Of a DNA stretch of 64,000 bases, positions 10,577 through 22,055 are shown piece by piece. The DNA is from Spirochaetia bacterium (GTDB lineage Bacteria > Spirochaetota > Spirochaetia > DSM-16054 > Sediminispirochaetaceae). Position numbers and translations under genes: made by a program. The stretch's first letter is position 1. Every line of letters begins with the position of its first letter. The notes below the pieces were generated by a model. The model did no database searches. It had not been told where the DNA came from and saw only the letters and a program-made list of their open reading frames with translations. The DNA lies in assembly GCA_034520965.1 (NCBI GenBank), contig JAXHMY010000002.1:352001-416000 (forward strand). Direction: 5' to 3'.

Positions 10577-11983
10577 CTATTGAAATTTTGGATGAAATTT
10601 TGGAACCCGACAGATTACAGTGGTTCCGCTGTGTTCATTATCAAAAATAGAAAGGTGTCCATTTATGATGTTCGAACGAAACTCCATTATTTTTAAACCT
10701 AATCCCTGGCTTTCATGCCGCTCAATACCTTTTCCATTATCACGAACCTGCAAAAAATACTCGGAATCCTCTTCCTTTAACAATATCTCAATCTTTTCTG
10801 CATCTCCATAGCGTTTTGCATTGGTAATAGCCTCCTGGGCAATATGATACAATTGGGTAGCCATAGTTCCGTCTGTAATATCGTTCTCCAGATCAGTCTT
10901 ACACTCTATCTTGCAGTTATACAGGCTCTCTATCTGCAGAGTGAGTTCTTTTAAGGCAACCGATAAACCCTGATTTTCCAGAGTCACCGTAAGTAGATTT
11001 TTGGCTAAATTGCGTGTCTGTTTAATTGACTGGTTTACCATATCCTGTATTCTCCGTGCAGACTCAACTTCCTCTGGGCATTCTGACTCCTGCAGCTTAT
11101 TCTCCAGCAGTTTTAACTGTAAAGATATCCCTGTAAGATTCTGCCCAAGATTATCATGCAAATCTTTTCCGATTCTTCGGCGTTCTTTTTCAGATATTTC
11201 AAGAATCTCTCGCTCCAGCTGTTTTTTGGCGGTGATATCCCGGGCAATGAGAGACACACCGGTGACCTCATTCATCAAACCGCGAATCGGATTAATTTTC
11301 AGAGATATATTAATCACCTCGCCGTTTTTTCTCTGCCTCACCGTCTCATAGTGCTCAACTTCGATATTATCACCTATTTTGTCTAAAATATCCGGCAGTT
11401 CATTGGGATAAAAGGGAGGCGTAAGAAGAAGTAGATTTTTACCGCGAACATCTTCCTCGGTATAACCAAATATTTTTTCAGCCCCCTTGTTCCAACTGAT
11501 GATGGTCCCGTCCAAGGTTGCACCAATTACGGCATCGTTGATGCTCTTAAGGGTGATAGATAGAATCTCCTCATTTTTTCGCGCCTCCAGCTCCATTTTA
11601 TGTCGGTAGAGCGCCATCTCGATCATGGAGTGCAGATCGTTTTGATGGGAACTTTTGGTTATGTACCCGTAGGGTTCAGTTTTTTTAGCCCGGGACAGGG
11701 TATCTTCGTCTGAAAAGGTAGAGAGAAAAATGAAGGGGATGCTGAAACGTCTACGCAGATATTGGGCTGTCTCAATTCCATCTAACTCGCCCTTCAGCTT
11801 TACATCTAACAAGACTAAATCCAAACTGTGAGCGCTGATTACTTCCAGTGCTTTCTCGCCGGTCTCGACGGGTGGAAGAACAGTATAACCCAATGATTCC
11901 AGGGTGCGTGTGAGGTCAAGGGCGACTATCTGTTCGTCCTCAACAACCAGAATAATCGGCTTATCGTCATGATTATTCGACAA
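10577..11983 (-). CDS. REC-PAS-HisKA_3 sensor histidine kinase
   Basis: REC; PAS (WNKGAEKIFGY); ERRRIGKDLHDNLGQ; QEAITNA; DNGKG; GLGL. Confidence 0.9.
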   Translation of the reverse strand: MSNNHDDKPIILVVEDEQIVALDLTRTLESLGYTVLPPVETGEKALEVISAHSLDLVLLDVKLKGELDGIETAQYLRRRFSIPFIFLSTFSDEDTLSRAKKTEPYGYITKSSHQNDLHSMIEMALYRHKMELEARKNEEILSITLKSINDAVIGATLDGTIISWNKGAEKIFGYTEEDVRGKNLLLLTPPFYPNELPDILDKIGDNIEVEHYETVRQRKNGEVINISLKINPIRGLMNEVTGVSLIARDITAKKQLEREILEISEKERRRIGKDLHDNLGQNLTGISLQLKLLENKLQESECPEEVESARRIQDMVNQSIKQTRNLAKNLLTVTLENQGLSVALKELTLQIESLYNCKIECKTDLENDITDGTMATQLYHIAQEAITNAKRYGDAEKIEILLKEEDSEYFLQVRDNGKGIERHESQGLGLKIMEFRSNIINGHLSIFDNEHSGTTVICRVPKFHPKFQ

Positions 11984-12042
11984 TCTGTCTCCTCCTGCCG
12001 TTGCAGCTAATCGGCGTATGAAATTTTAATAGAAAGACTTAT

Positions 12043-13833
12043 TTATAAGAAATCATTTGTTTCTATGTATGCGCCCAGCTGTACCCCGGTTTCTAAAAAA
12101 CCGGCTTTACGCTTTTTGATTCTAATCTGTGCAAGTAAAACCTTCTGCTCTTCGAGATATTTCCATTGTTGTAATGAGAATGGATCGTTTACGCTGATTC
12201 CTGTTTCATCGGCCACGCTTCCGTTATACACTTTTTTGACTAAATATCTGGTGCCCAGGAGGTTGTCACGGATTTTTTCAACCTGCATACCAAAGGCAGG
12301 AGCAAACAGCTGTTCAGGCTGTCCGTAATCGATGATTTTCTTTAGGGGAATTTCCGGCCGGGTAGACAAAACGGTAAGCCCCTTATGCTGCATTGATCCA
12401 CGGCTCCATTTTATTTCTACTAACGTTTCAGGCGTATAATGGAGAATGGTATCATGGGCCGCAACTATAGAGTCCACCGCTGTGCCTGCCAGCTTTTTCA
12501 GTACATCTCCGGCTTGAATGCCGATTCTATCGGCAGGACTGCCCGGAAGCACATACTTAACCTCCAAGCCCTCATCCATTTTATACAAGGATACCCCTAA
12601 AAAGGGGTGTGATATCCGGCCTTCCTTATACAGCTGGGGAAAAATATGCATTACCCACTGAACAGGAATCGCAAAGTTGATACCCTCAAACTGCTCTATT
12701 CCGGCAAATACTACTCCAATTAAATTACCGTTTCCGTCAAGCAGGGGGCCACCGCTGTTTCCCTGGTTAATAGGAACATCGACCTGAACTACATTTCCCA
12801 TTTGTAAAAAACGGCGATCAGTAGCAGATACAATTCCGGAGGTAACCGTATTCTCCAGCCCCCCGGGAGAACCGATAGCATAGATTCTATCGCCCGCAGA
12901 CTGCTGCTTCACAGGACTGAAGGAAAGCACGGTCTCCGGTGACATCTCTACCTTTAATAGGGCAATATCAAAGGCGCTATCATATCCAACCACCTTGGCC
13001 GGTATTTTATCTTCCGGGTTCTTCGACGGACGAATATAGAGGCGTGAGTAGCCTTCATATTTTGGATCGACCTGGCTTCTAATAACATGATAGTTGGTAA
13101 TGATGTATCCACGGCGGTCTACATAGAACCCGCTTCCGATCACTCTATCGGGTAAACCAACACCATCTTCAATCCGCATCCCGCGATTTACCCAGATAGT
13201 TACAGTTCCACGTATAAGCTGGGCCTGACTGTATTTATCGGCTGAATTTTCCGGCAACTGATGCACCGTCTCGACATCACGCCTCCCCAGTTCCTCCAAA
13301 ATCATACCGGCGGTAGTGTACTTTTCTTCCTCAATAGCCGCTTCCAGCATCTGCTGCAGATGTTCCTCTTCAAAGATGGAAAAATCATCCATCTGCCGAG
13401 CTAAGGACAAGGCTCGGACCGGGTTTCCCTTTTCAAGTTCATACATAACGTGATCACGCTTCAGAGACAAGTGCTCACTGTCGAGAAGCTCTTCCCAAGC
13501 TGCTTGCCGGGCCGACACGGAAAGGCGTAAAGCGGTTTCATATTCATGCTTATCAAGGGAAGCTTGAAATTTCTGTTTCAAATCCTCCTTGAGTTTTTCC
13601 TGTAATACCACAAGTTCTGAAGATTGTTCACCGGTCCCCTCGCGCTCTGCCCGAGACCGCAGCAGGAACAGGTCCTGCATGGCCGTTACAATCCGGCCGT
13701 CTTCCCGGGCTTGTTCGATTCTACTTACATTTATCTCATACAGAGGCTGGATTGCCCCTTTATCAGGTACACCGGTACATCCGGCGAGTAGTATTAATAC
13801 AGCCCCTAACAGGAGCCCATAACGCTGTATCAT
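12043..13833 (-). CDS. Trypsin-like serine protease with PDZ domain (HtrA-like lipoprotein)
   Basis: Lipobox LAGC; GSGF, TNYHV, DIALL and GNSGGP catalytic motifs; PDZ segment SPADRIGIQAGD. Confidence 0.88.
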   Translation of the reverse strand: MIQRYGLLLGAVLILLAGCTGVPDKGAIQPLYEINVSRIEQAREDGRIVTAMQDLFLLRSRAEREGTGEQSSELVVLQEKLKEDLKQKFQASLDKHEYETALRLSVSARQAAWEELLDSEHLSLKRDHVMYELEKGNPVRALSLARQMDDFSIFEEEHLQQMLEAAIEEEKYTTAGMILEELGRRDVETVHQLPENSADKYSQAQLIRGTVTIWVNRGMRIEDGVGLPDRVIGSGFYVDRRGYIITNYHVIRSQVDPKYEGYSRLYIRPSKNPEDKIPAKVVGYDSAFDIALLKVEMSPETVLSFSPVKQQSAGDRIYAIGSPGGLENTVTSGIVSATDRRFLQMGNVVQVDVPINQGNSGGPLLDGNGNLIGVVFAGIEQFEGINFAIPVQWVMHIFPQLYKEGRISHPFLGVSLYKMDEGLEVKYVLPGSPADRIGIQAGDVLKKLAGTAVDSIVAAHDTILHYTPETLVEIKWSRGSMQHKGLTVLSTRPEIPLKKIIDYGQPEQLFAPAFGMQVEKIRDNLLGTRYLVKKVYNGSVADETGISVNDPFSLQQWKYLEEQKVLLAQIRIKKRKAGFLETGVQLGAYIETNDFL

Positions 13834-13860
13834 AATATCTCCGCTTCCTATAACTCATTA

Positions 13861-13899
13861 TTCATTCTCAAAGTTCATTCTCAAAGTTCATTCTCAAAC
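13861..13899. repeat. 13-bp tandem repeat, 3 copies
   Basis: TTCATTCTCAAAG x2 plus TTCATTCTCAAAC. Confidence 0.85.
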
Positions 13900-15539
13900 T
13901 GCATCTGATATTCGACCTTACCGTCTTCATCAGTGTCCCACTTCCGCATTGGAATCCCTTCATACTCTTCAATATACTCGGGAATGCCGTTCTTGTTTCC
14001 ATCATAGGTAATTCTTATAAGTTTTGCATCCCGATAATACTCAATAATTTCAAAAAAACCATCGCCATCCATATCCCGTCGCCGCTCGGTAATAGTACCG
14101 GAAAGAAGGTCTGATTCTACTTGCGATTTTCCCCCTATCACCGCCTCTAACAAGCCCTTGTTACGCGAGAAAAAGTAGGATTGTGGATCTGTTCTGTTCG
14201 TTTTAGCTCGTATGTCGGCGGAATTCGCCAAAAGTGTACTGAGTACAGGTACCGTTTCAACAGTAGGCAGCGGTACCGGGTTCGGGGCGCTATAATTTTC
14301 CCAGTTCGGCAGATGATACCGCACACTGTAGGGCACTAGATCTATTTCGATTACCGAGCGGCCTACAACGCTTTTTGCCTCAGACAATTGAGGGTAATTA
14401 GAATAAGATAAGCTTAGCGAATTATTATCCCCAGTCTGCACACTGATCCATGAGGGGCGTCCCTTCTGTAGTTCCAAAACCCGTTCAAACCTGTAAAAAC
14501 CGGTGGAGACCTCTTCTACACGCTGAATAATTCCACGCAGATATGTCTCGCGGATCTCCACCTCGCCGTCCTCATCCGGATCACGCCTCACCTCGCCGCT
14601 AAATCTTAGAAAAGCTTGATTGACATCAGTTTCACCAGTAAAAACTTTAGAGATATCCAACAACATGGTGAGCTGTGTATCAGTTACAGTGGTAAGGCTT
14701 GAAAAGAGCTGCTCCAACTCCGTCACAGGGAGCTCCTGGCGCACACGGTACCCCTGCACACGGGAGAAAAAATCGCTCCCCCACCTTTCAGAATACAGTG
14801 CAAGCAGTCTTGCAAGATCCGCAGGGCGGTGGGTAGCAGCTATCAGTGCCTGGTAAGCCGGTTTTGAATAATAATTACTTTCATCGTTTTGCAGTATATT
14901 TTGTCGCAGCTGCCGGCGGTATTCAGAGTTCTGCTGAGCATACTGCTGTTGAAAAAAAGCATCCTCAGGATACAGATTTATCCCTCGGCTCACCTGCTTC
15001 TTTAGCTGCTCGATATATCCCTCCGTACGCAAGGCACGTACGGCAATTTTTAGGTACTCCCGCTGTTGTTGCACCTCATAGGGGAGGTTCTGAATCAGGA
15101 CCAGCGCCTGCTGGGCATGGTCAAAACGGGTTAACAAGTCCAGGTACTCAAGAAAAACATTTTCTTTACCAAATAAGTCAAACGCTCCTCCGCTCAATGC
15201 GGAGGTCATATGTTCTATAGCTCTCTCGTAATTTTCATTCTGCATATGTGTTTTAGCCTGTAAATACAGTGCATCAGGATTGTTCTTCCAAAACACAAGT
15301 GCGGTTTCTGTAAATTTTGCGCTTAATTCAGAGTTACCGGCCTCAGCGCTTTGGCGAGCCAGGCGGGTATAGTGGGTCGAGAGTTCTTGGTTAGGTAGTG
15401 AACCGTACTGCTGCCCATGCAAATGTATCCCGGGAAGACTGATCAGCAGTGTGAAGCAGAGCGCATAAAAAATGCTGTTACTCTTTATCTTCCGCCTCTT
15501 CCCCCGTTTCGGGTGACTCTGTGCGTTGATTCGTCTCAC
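13881..15539 (-). CDS. Exported hypothetical protein with TPR-like N-terminal region and C-terminal DxDGDG repeats
   Basis: In-frame GTG at 15539 after GGAGGGGGAG; hydrophobic signal-like segment; NPDALYLQA TPR-like segment; DMDGDG, DGNKNG, DTDEDG. Confidence 0.65.
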   Translation of the reverse strand: MRRINAQSHPKRGKRRKIKSNSIFYALCFTLLISLPGIHLHGQQYGSLPNQELSTHYTRLARQSAEAGNSELSAKFTETALVFWKNNPDALYLQAKTHMQNENYERAIEHMTSALSGGAFDLFGKENVFLEYLDLLTRFDHAQQALVLIQNLPYEVQQQREYLKIAVRALRTEGYIEQLKKQVSRGINLYPEDAFFQQQYAQQNSEYRRQLRQNILQNDESNYYSKPAYQALIAATHRPADLARLLALYSERWGSDFFSRVQGYRVRQELPVTELEQLFSSLTTVTDTQLTMLLDISKVFTGETDVNQAFLRFSGEVRRDPDEDGEVEIRETYLRGIIQRVEEVSTGFYRFERVLELQKGRPSWISVQTGDNNSLSLSYSNYPQLSEAKSVVGRSVIEIDLVPYSVRYHLPNWENYSAPNPVPLPTVETVPVLSTLLANSADIRAKTNRTDPQSYFFSRNKGLLEAVIGGKSQVESDLLSGTITERRRDMDGDGFFEIIEYYRDAKLIRITYDGNKNGIPEYIEEYEGIPMRKWDTDEDGKVEYQMQFENEL

Positions 15540-17483
15540 GTGTCTCTCCCCCTCCGCTATCTGCAGGCTTTTCAACCGGACCATGGGTCTCACTGTGCAG
15601 CCGGCTCTCTGAAGCCGCTTCAGGCAAGCCCAGTAAGACTCGGATTTCGGTATCCGCCAGGGTTTCCTTCTGAACGAGTTCTTCGGCCAGTAGTGTAAGT
15701 TGGTCCATATGCTCTGTAAGTATAGCACGAGTATCCCCTAGACACTCATCAAGAATTTTCTTTACCTCTGAATCTACAGTCTGGGCCGTGTGCTCGGAGT
15801 AATCCTTATGCTGGGCAATCTCTTTACCTATAAAGATTGGTTCGTCTTCCTGGCCCAGTGAAAAGAAACCTAACTCACTACTCATACCCCACTCAGTGAC
15901 CATCCGGCGGGCAATACTGGTGGCCTGTTCAATGTCATTCTTTGTGCCGGTGGTGGTTTCATGATACACAAGCTCTTCGGCCACATAGCCGCCCATTGCA
16001 ATCTTAATCCGGTCGGTGAGCCAGCTCTTGTTTTTGGAATAAGAATCCTTTTCAGGCAGACTCATAGCCAAACCCAGGGCTTGACCATGGGGAATCACGG
16101 TTACCTTGTGCAGCGGGTCGGCGTGTTTTAAGGTAGTAATGCAGCAATGCATGGCCGGCCTCATGAAACGCGGTTGCCCGTTTATCTTCATCTGTAATGA
16201 CCCTTGATTTGCGGGCGATTCCATAGCAGTATCTTATCGCGGGCCTCCTCAAAATGCTGCATGCTGACCCGCGTTTTATTTACCCGGGCAGCAAACAAGG
16301 CCGCTTCATTTACCAGATTAGCTAAATCGGCTCCGGAGGTTCCGGGGGTTGCACGAGCAATTCTACTGGTATCAACATCATCCTCCAAATGGATTTTGCC
16401 ACAGTGGATTTTAATTATCGCCTCACGCTCTTTTACATCGGGCATATCAACCACTACCTGACGGTCAAAGCGGCCTGGACGCAGCAGTGCCGGGTCCAGC
16501 ACATCCGGCCGGTTAGTAGCGGCTAAAATAATTACACCCTCTTGCGTATCAAAGCCGTCCATCTCTACCAGCATCTGGTTCAGGGTTTGTTCCCGTTCAT
16601 CGTGGCCGCCACCGTAACCGGCACCGCGGGTGCGGCCTACCGCATCAAGCTCATCGATAAACAAAATACAGGGCGCACTTTTGCGCCCCTGTTCAAACAA
16701 ATCGCGCACTCGGCTCGCCCCAACTCCCACAAACATTTCTACAAAATCAGAGCCCGACATATGAAAGAAGGATACTTCCGCCTCGCCGGCGACGGCCTTT
16801 GCAAGCAGAGTTTTTCCGGTTCCAGGCATTCCCACCAGTAAGACCCCTTTGGGTATTTTTGCTCCGATACTAGTGAACTTACTGGGGTTCTTCAGAAAAT
16901 CCACTACTTCCTGCAGCTCGTATTTGGCCTCATGCTGACCAGCTACGTCGTGAAAGCGAATTTTTTCCGACTGCTCCAGATACTCTTTCGCACGGCTCTT
17001 TCCAAAAGAGAAGGCCTTACCTCCACCACCCTGTACTTGCCTGAACATAAACCAGAAAAACACCAGGAAAAGAATCCATGGTATAAGCTCCAGAAAAACC
17101 CTTGCCGGAGAAATACCCTTTGAACCGCCGGAGATTTTTACATTATTTTCTCGCAGCATAACTAACAGTTCATCATGATAATAAGGAATGGTGGTAGTAA
17201 AAGCAGTAGCCCCCACACCCTGACTCATCAGTGTCCCCTGAATTTCTGTATTGTCCAGAATCTTTACAGAATCTATCTGCCCATTCTCGACATACCCCAG
17301 AAACACTGAATAGGGAATCTCATTACTTGGACTAGTTCCGCTGAACATAAACATCAAGACAAACATAAAGGTCAGGGTAACTAAAAAAATAAGAGCGAAC
17401 TTATTCCGGCCGAAATCGAATTTCGGTGAGTTCTGATTATTATTGTCATTATTGCTGTTGTTATTCTGATTATCTCCGCTCAC
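15478..17483 (-). CDS. ftsH: ATP-dependent zinc metalloprotease FtsH; frameshifts near 16220 and 16130
   Basis: Two TM segments; [38 protein letters not shown] in the intermediate frame. Confidence 0.96.
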
Positions 17484-18873
17484 TCTTCAACTCCATTATT
17501 TCAAATCGCGTATCAACTTCCTCTAAACTCTTTGCAAAGGGGCTCCACAAAATTTTGCGGGGTAACTGTAAGGGTATCACTGCCAAAATACCACGTTGAT
17601 CTTCAATCAGCGCTATCTCAGAACGATTTTCCTTCGGAACACCACTCTCTCGCAGTGCTTCGCTAATCCGCTTCCTGCCGCCGCGCAATTTTATCGCATC
17701 TCCCTCACGCTTAGACCGAATTACACAGACCCCTTTCGCGCTAAATTCTACATCATTCAATCTAAACTGAGGAGATTTATCAAGGGCTTTAGATACAAAC
17801 CTAATTTTAAAGCCTGTTCCCAGATAAATGCTACCCGTTTGTATTACAATAAGATAACTGTTTTTTGTGTTTGGGACAACAGCCCTCTCCCAAAAAAGTA
17901 AGGCCCCCCGCTTCTCCATCCGAATTCCGTAGCCTTCACCGCAGCGATAATGGGCAACAGTAGTTCTGCAGTCACACAGCTGCCGCACAAAGCGATACGG
18001 AAGCCGTTGTTGAGAGCTTGGAAACCACCGATTGTAAAGCCTGTATAACAGTCTTACCCGTATGTACAGGGGAAGATCAATAAAATCATCATAGGGGTAA
18101 TCTGCCCGGGTGTCAGTGCAGCGAATCTCGGGCACCGAATGCTCACGTTCCGACAAAACCGCGTCAACCGCCGCCATCTTGTCGGCCAGGGTCTGCAGCG
18201 CCGTATCAACTCCCGGAAAAGCTTCACGTATGCCCGGTAACAGGGTATGTCGGATGTAATTTCGGGTATAGGCCGTATTGGTATTGCTTGAATCAAGGCT
18301 GTAATGCAGCGAGCTATGGGAAAGGTAGTCCTGAAGATCCGCCTTAGAAATATTCAGCAGCGGACGCCAAAGCCGGCCTGTCTGTGATGAAATGCCCTTC
18401 AAACCTTCCGGACCGGAACCCTGGAAACAGCGCATCAAAACTGTCTCCACCTGATCATCGAAGGTGTGTCCGAGTGCAGTAAAACGGGATTCCACAATTT
18501 CAGCCATTTTATGCAGAAAGGCATATCGATATATACGAGCGGAGGCTTCCGTACCCAGCTGTTCATTGTCATGGCGACTGATATAGCCGGGAGGTAAAAA
18601 CTTTATGTAAAGTGGTATATCTAAAAAACTGCACAAGCTGCGCACTATTCGAAGCTCCTGCTCGCGCTCAATCAAGGTACGAAGCCCATGATCGATGTAT
18701 ACTGCATAAAGATCTAATGACAGCTTGGATTGAATGCTCTTTAGCAGCGACAGCAGGGCTGTTGAATCCGGACCACCTGAATAGGCAATACACAGGGTAT
18801 CCCCCGGTTTCAGGCCGACCTTTTCGGCACTAGTCAGCAGCGCCGTCTGGAGTGTTTCTGCGATTGAACTCAT
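17470..18873 (-). CDS. tilS: tRNA(Ile)-lysidine synthetase
   Basis: [29 protein letters not shown]; adjacent to ftsH. Confidence 0.94.
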   Translation of the reverse strand: MSSIAETLQTALLTSAEKVGLKPGDTLCIAYSGGPDSTALLSLLKSIQSKLSLDLYAVYIDHGLRTLIEREQELRIVRSLCSFLDIPLYIKFLPPGYISRHDNEQLGTEASARIYRYAFLHKMAEIVESRFTALGHTFDDQVETVLMRCFQGSGPEGLKGISSQTGRLWRPLLNISKADLQDYLSHSSLHYSLDSSNTNTAYTRNYIRHTLLPGIREAFPGVDTALQTLADKMAAVDAVLSEREHSVPEIRCTDTRADYPYDDFIDLPLYIRVRLLYRLYNRWFPSSQQRLPYRFVRQLCDCRTTVAHYRCGEGYGIRMEKRGALLFWERAVVPNTKNSYLIVIQTGSIYLGTGFKIRFVSKALDKSPQFRLNDVEFSAKGVCVIRSKREGDAIKLRGGRKRISEALRESGVPKENRSEIALIEDQRGILAVIPLQLPRKILWSPFAKSLEEVDTRFEIMELKSERR

Positions 18874-19418
18874 TCATCACCTTCTCCGGTGCAGTAGTCA
18901 CTAGCTCGACCAGTGCATCAGAGGCACGGTCGATTCCCGCCTCCAGATCCGCTCGCTCGTCAGCTGCTGGGTACACCTAATACATACTTTACTACATCAC
19001 CACGATATTGAGGCCTGCCAATACCAACATATACTCGCAGAAAGTCTTTTGTACCAAGGTGTTGTACCAATGAAGCTAAACCGTTGTGACCGGCGGTTCC
19101 TCCGCCCTGTTTTACCCTGACTACTCCTGTTGAAAGATCTAAATTATCACAGACAACCACAAGCTTATCAGAGGATAATTGGAATTTGCGTTTTAATACA
19201 GGCAGAATATTGCCAGAATTGTTCATGTAGGTTAGGGGTTCAATGAAAACAACTTTCTTCCCTGCAAATCGCCCTTCAGCAGAGCGATACTTTTTACCTA
19301 AATTTTTTTTAAGCGCAATGCCGGCTTTTTGAGCAGCCTGTTCCACTGCTAGAAAACCGACATTGTGACGGGTTTGTTCGTATTTTGTCCCGGGATTCCC
19401 CAAGCCGATAAAAATCAA
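18830..19418 (-). CDS. pth: Peptidyl-tRNA hydrolase; frameshift near 18960
   Basis: GLGNPG, TRHNVGF, PLTYMNNSG, GGTAGHNG, GIGRP. Confidence 0.94.
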
Positions 19419-19447
19419 TCCGAATATCGAGCTTTGAGTAACCTAGG

Positions 19448-20105
19448 TTACTCTTCAGCTCCCTCTTCGCCTTCGCCTTCAGCTTCTTCACCTTCAGCTT
19501 CTTCACCCTCAAGGCCTTCTTCACCTTCGACTTCTTCTTCCTCTTCAGGCAGTTCTTCTTTCTGAGTGGTTACGGTTACTAGTACCTGTTCAGGAAGACT
19601 AAGAACTTTAACTCCTTCCGGGATATCAAGGTCCTCGACGTGAATGGTATCGCCGATGTTCAAACTCTCGACATTGACTAGTGAAGTATTCTGGAATATC
19701 GGCGGGCACACATTCAACCTCTACCTCATGCAGACGCTCTTCTAACAGACCGCCCTCTTTCACACCGGCCGGAGTACCTTCGACATGTACCGGAATATTG
19801 GTACGCAGGGTTTTCCCTTTCTCAATTTCAAAAAAATCAATATGAGTAGTAAAACCGCGAATAGTGTCTTCCTGATAATCTTTTACCAGCACATCATGCT
19901 TCTCTTTTCCCAACTCAAGTGTAATGATCGTATTTTCAGAAACTGAGTGGAATTTTTTTTCAAACTCATTTTGTGGTACAGAAATTGATTTTGATTCATG
20001 GGCACCGTAGATTACAGCTGGTATCCAGCCGCCACGACGCAGTCGTCCTGAGGCTCCCTTTTTCAATTCAGTTCTGTTATAAGCTGCCAGCGTTTGACGC
20101 TTCAT
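19448..20105 (-). CDS. rplY: 50S ribosomal protein L25/Ctc; frameshifted
   Basis: RLRRGGWIPAVIYG, HIDF, GVKEGG, LNIGDTIHVEDL and an acidic tail. Confidence 0.93.
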
Positions 20106-20141
20106 GCTTTCACTCCTTATGACTCTTTCAGTTAAAATAAT

Positions 20142-20214
20142 CTGGGGCGGTAGGATTTGAACCTACGAATACCGGCACCAAAAACCGGTGGCTTAACCGC
20201 TTGCCAACGCCCCA
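20142..20214 (-). tRNA. tRNA-Gln(TTG)
   Basis: Cloverleaf TGGGGCG...CGCCCCAG; anticodon loop TT-TTG-GT; GGTTCAAATCC. Confidence 0.95.
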
Positions 20215-20358
20215 AAGCGTACATAAAAATAGCCACCCAAATTTGAGTGTGCGGAGCACTATATCATAATGCTCTTTGTATTTCTACCACCTAAGAAAAC
20301 TTTTTTCAAGCACAGCTTAGGCCTTTTTATCGGTTGTGAAGCGGCATGCGAGACTAAT

Positions 20359-20397
20359 TAAAAGGCATCCCCTCCGTTTTTCTGAGGGAATGCCTTT
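20359..20397 (-). terminator. Intrinsic terminator after spoVG
   Basis: AAAGGCATTCCCTC...GAGGGGATGCCTTTT hairpin with T tail. Confidence 0.7.
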
Positions 20398-20451
20398 GAA
20401 AATTGTAATTCACCGAGTTAGTTTAACAGAGATACATCTCTACCGAAGCCT

Positions 20452-20754
20452 CTACTCCGAGTAGTCTTCATGACCCCCGACAGTTTCTACGCTCCCGTTC
20501 TCAACTTGTCGTTCATACTCTTCCAAAATTTTCTCCTGCAGCATACCACGGAAATCGGAGTTAATTGGATGGGCTACATCCTTATATTCACCTTTTTTAG
20601 TTTTCCTGCTTGGCATTGCAATAAAAGCCCCATTTTTCCCTTCAATGATTTTGACATTGTGTACTACAAAACAGTCATCAAAAGTCACCGTTACATAAGC
20701 TTTTAGCTTTCCTTCGGTTCCAACTTTTCTGATTCTGATGTCAGTAATGTCCAT
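20452..20754 (-). CDS. spoVG: SpoVG nucleic-acid-binding protein
   Basis: [10 protein letters not shown]...[20 protein letters not shown]...FIAMPSRK...DVAHPIN; GGAGG RBS. Confidence 0.96.
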   Translation of the reverse strand: MDITDIRIRKVGTEGKLKAYVTVTFDDCFVVHNVKIIEGKNGAFIAMPSRKTKKGEYKDVAHPINSDFRGMLQEKILEEYERQVENGSVETVGGHEDYSE

Positions 20755-20792
20755 ATTACCTCCATGCCAGTGACAACATTCCTTAAGTTGGT

Positions 20793-21668
20793 TTAATTGT
20801 AAACTGCCTCCGGCAGGGACGCAAGCATTTTTACCTTCCACACCTTTTTTATGCTTTTTTTTACCTCCGCATAACAGGACTCCGCTTTTTCTGTATCTCG
20901 AAAGACTCCAAAAAGCGCAGAACCACTTCCTGAGACATTTACATAATCGGCTCCTTGACCATTGAGCAATTGCAGCCAGGCTTTTAGCTGCGGATGATGA
21001 TGTATCAGTACCGGTGTAAAACTGTTAAAAAAAGTCCATTTTCGGGGCGATAAAGCATACAGATGCAAAATTTCTTGTCCCGACAAGGAATTAACTGTAT
21101 TCCCGGTAAATTCATCCAGCTGAGCGTAAGCCTCTCCGGTGGCTACATCAATATCGGGCTTCACCACAACGCAATTACAGGCCGCAGGGGTTTCAATTGC
21201 TTTAATAATCTCTCCGCGCCCCTCCACCAAAGCTGAAGGGCTGTACAAGAAAAAGGGAACATCACTGCCCAGTTCAGCCGCAATACGCAATAGACGTCTT
21301 CGCTCCAGTTCTACCGGATGCACCAGCTGCAAAAGCCGCAGCATTGCCGCTGCATCGCTCGAACCACCTCCCAGTCCTGCCATTGCTGGAATATTCTTAC
21401 GACAGTCTACCTGCACACCGGTATACTCACCCGCCTCTTCACAGTAGCTCCGATACGCCTTCCAGATGAGGTTCTGCTCCAAGGGGAGGTTACCACAGCC
21501 CTGAAGGCTAAAATTTTTGTCGTTGGTCCTATGGACCCGCAGCTCGTCAGCCAGAGAAATCATTACGAAAAGCGATCGAATTTCATGGAAACCATCCGGG
21601 CGGCGGGCCCGAATGTCCAAATGGAGGTTCAACTTTGCCGGTGCCGTCATACTGATAACCTTATGCAT
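20793..21668 (-). CDS. ispE: 4-diphosphocytidyl-2-C-methyl-D-erythritol kinase
   Basis: [37 protein letters not shown]. Confidence 0.95.
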   Translation of the reverse strand: MHKVISMTAPAKLNLHLDIRARRPDGFHEIRSLFVMISLADELRVHRTNDKNFSLQGCGNLPLEQNLIWKAYRSYCEEAGEYTGVQVDCRKNIPAMAGLGGGSSDAAAMLRLLQLVHPVELERRRLLRIAAELGSDVPFFLYSPSALVEGRGEIIKAIETPAACNCVVVKPDIDVATGEAYAQLDEFTGNTVNSLSGQEILHLYALSPRKWTFFNSFTPVLIHHHPQLKAWLQLLNGQGADYVNVSGSGSALFGVFRDTEKAESCYAEVKKSIKKVWKVKMLASLPEAVYN

Positions 21669-21824
21669 GTGTGGATAGTATAACTCACGGGATACTTTAT
21701 CAAGAACGAGAACACTGTCTCGCATTCAGAATTTCAGGTAGTTCGAAAACTTAAAATTGACATAATGGCCAATCCAACTATACTACTCTTATGCATTACA
21801 CAGATGCGCAGGAGGAACACACGC

Positions 21825-22055
21825 ATGATGCAGGAATATGATGACAGCTTTTTTGACGATGATTTTGATGACTACCAGGACGAGGTTGACGATCGATTTG
21901 AAGATATTGACGAGGACGTCGGCACTCATCCGCTGATACACACAGATGAGGACGAACAGAAATACGATTTAGACGAAGACTACTACGATGATGAAGAAAA
22001 CCTAGACTACGAAGACGACCTGGACTACGAGGACTTTGATGAGTCAGGCGATTGA
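21825..22055 (+). CDS. Small, highly acidic hypothetical protein
   Basis: TTGACA-16-TATACT promoter (21757-21784); GGAGGA RBS; about half of residues are D/E. Confidence 0.65.
   Translation: MMQEYDDSFFDDDFDDYQDEVDDRFEDIDEDVGTHPLIHTDEDEQKYDLDEDYYDDEENLDYEDDLDYEDFDESGD

Noticed and set aside
13861..13899. Possible CRISPR array
   Set aside because: These are contiguous 13-bp units with no spacers, and no cas genes or repeat-spacer array were seen in the window.
15540..15728. N-terminal part of the 615-aa ORF, and the many antisense ORFs in the track
   Set aside because: They are shadow frames overlapping well-supported genes; a better start with an RBS lies at 15539.
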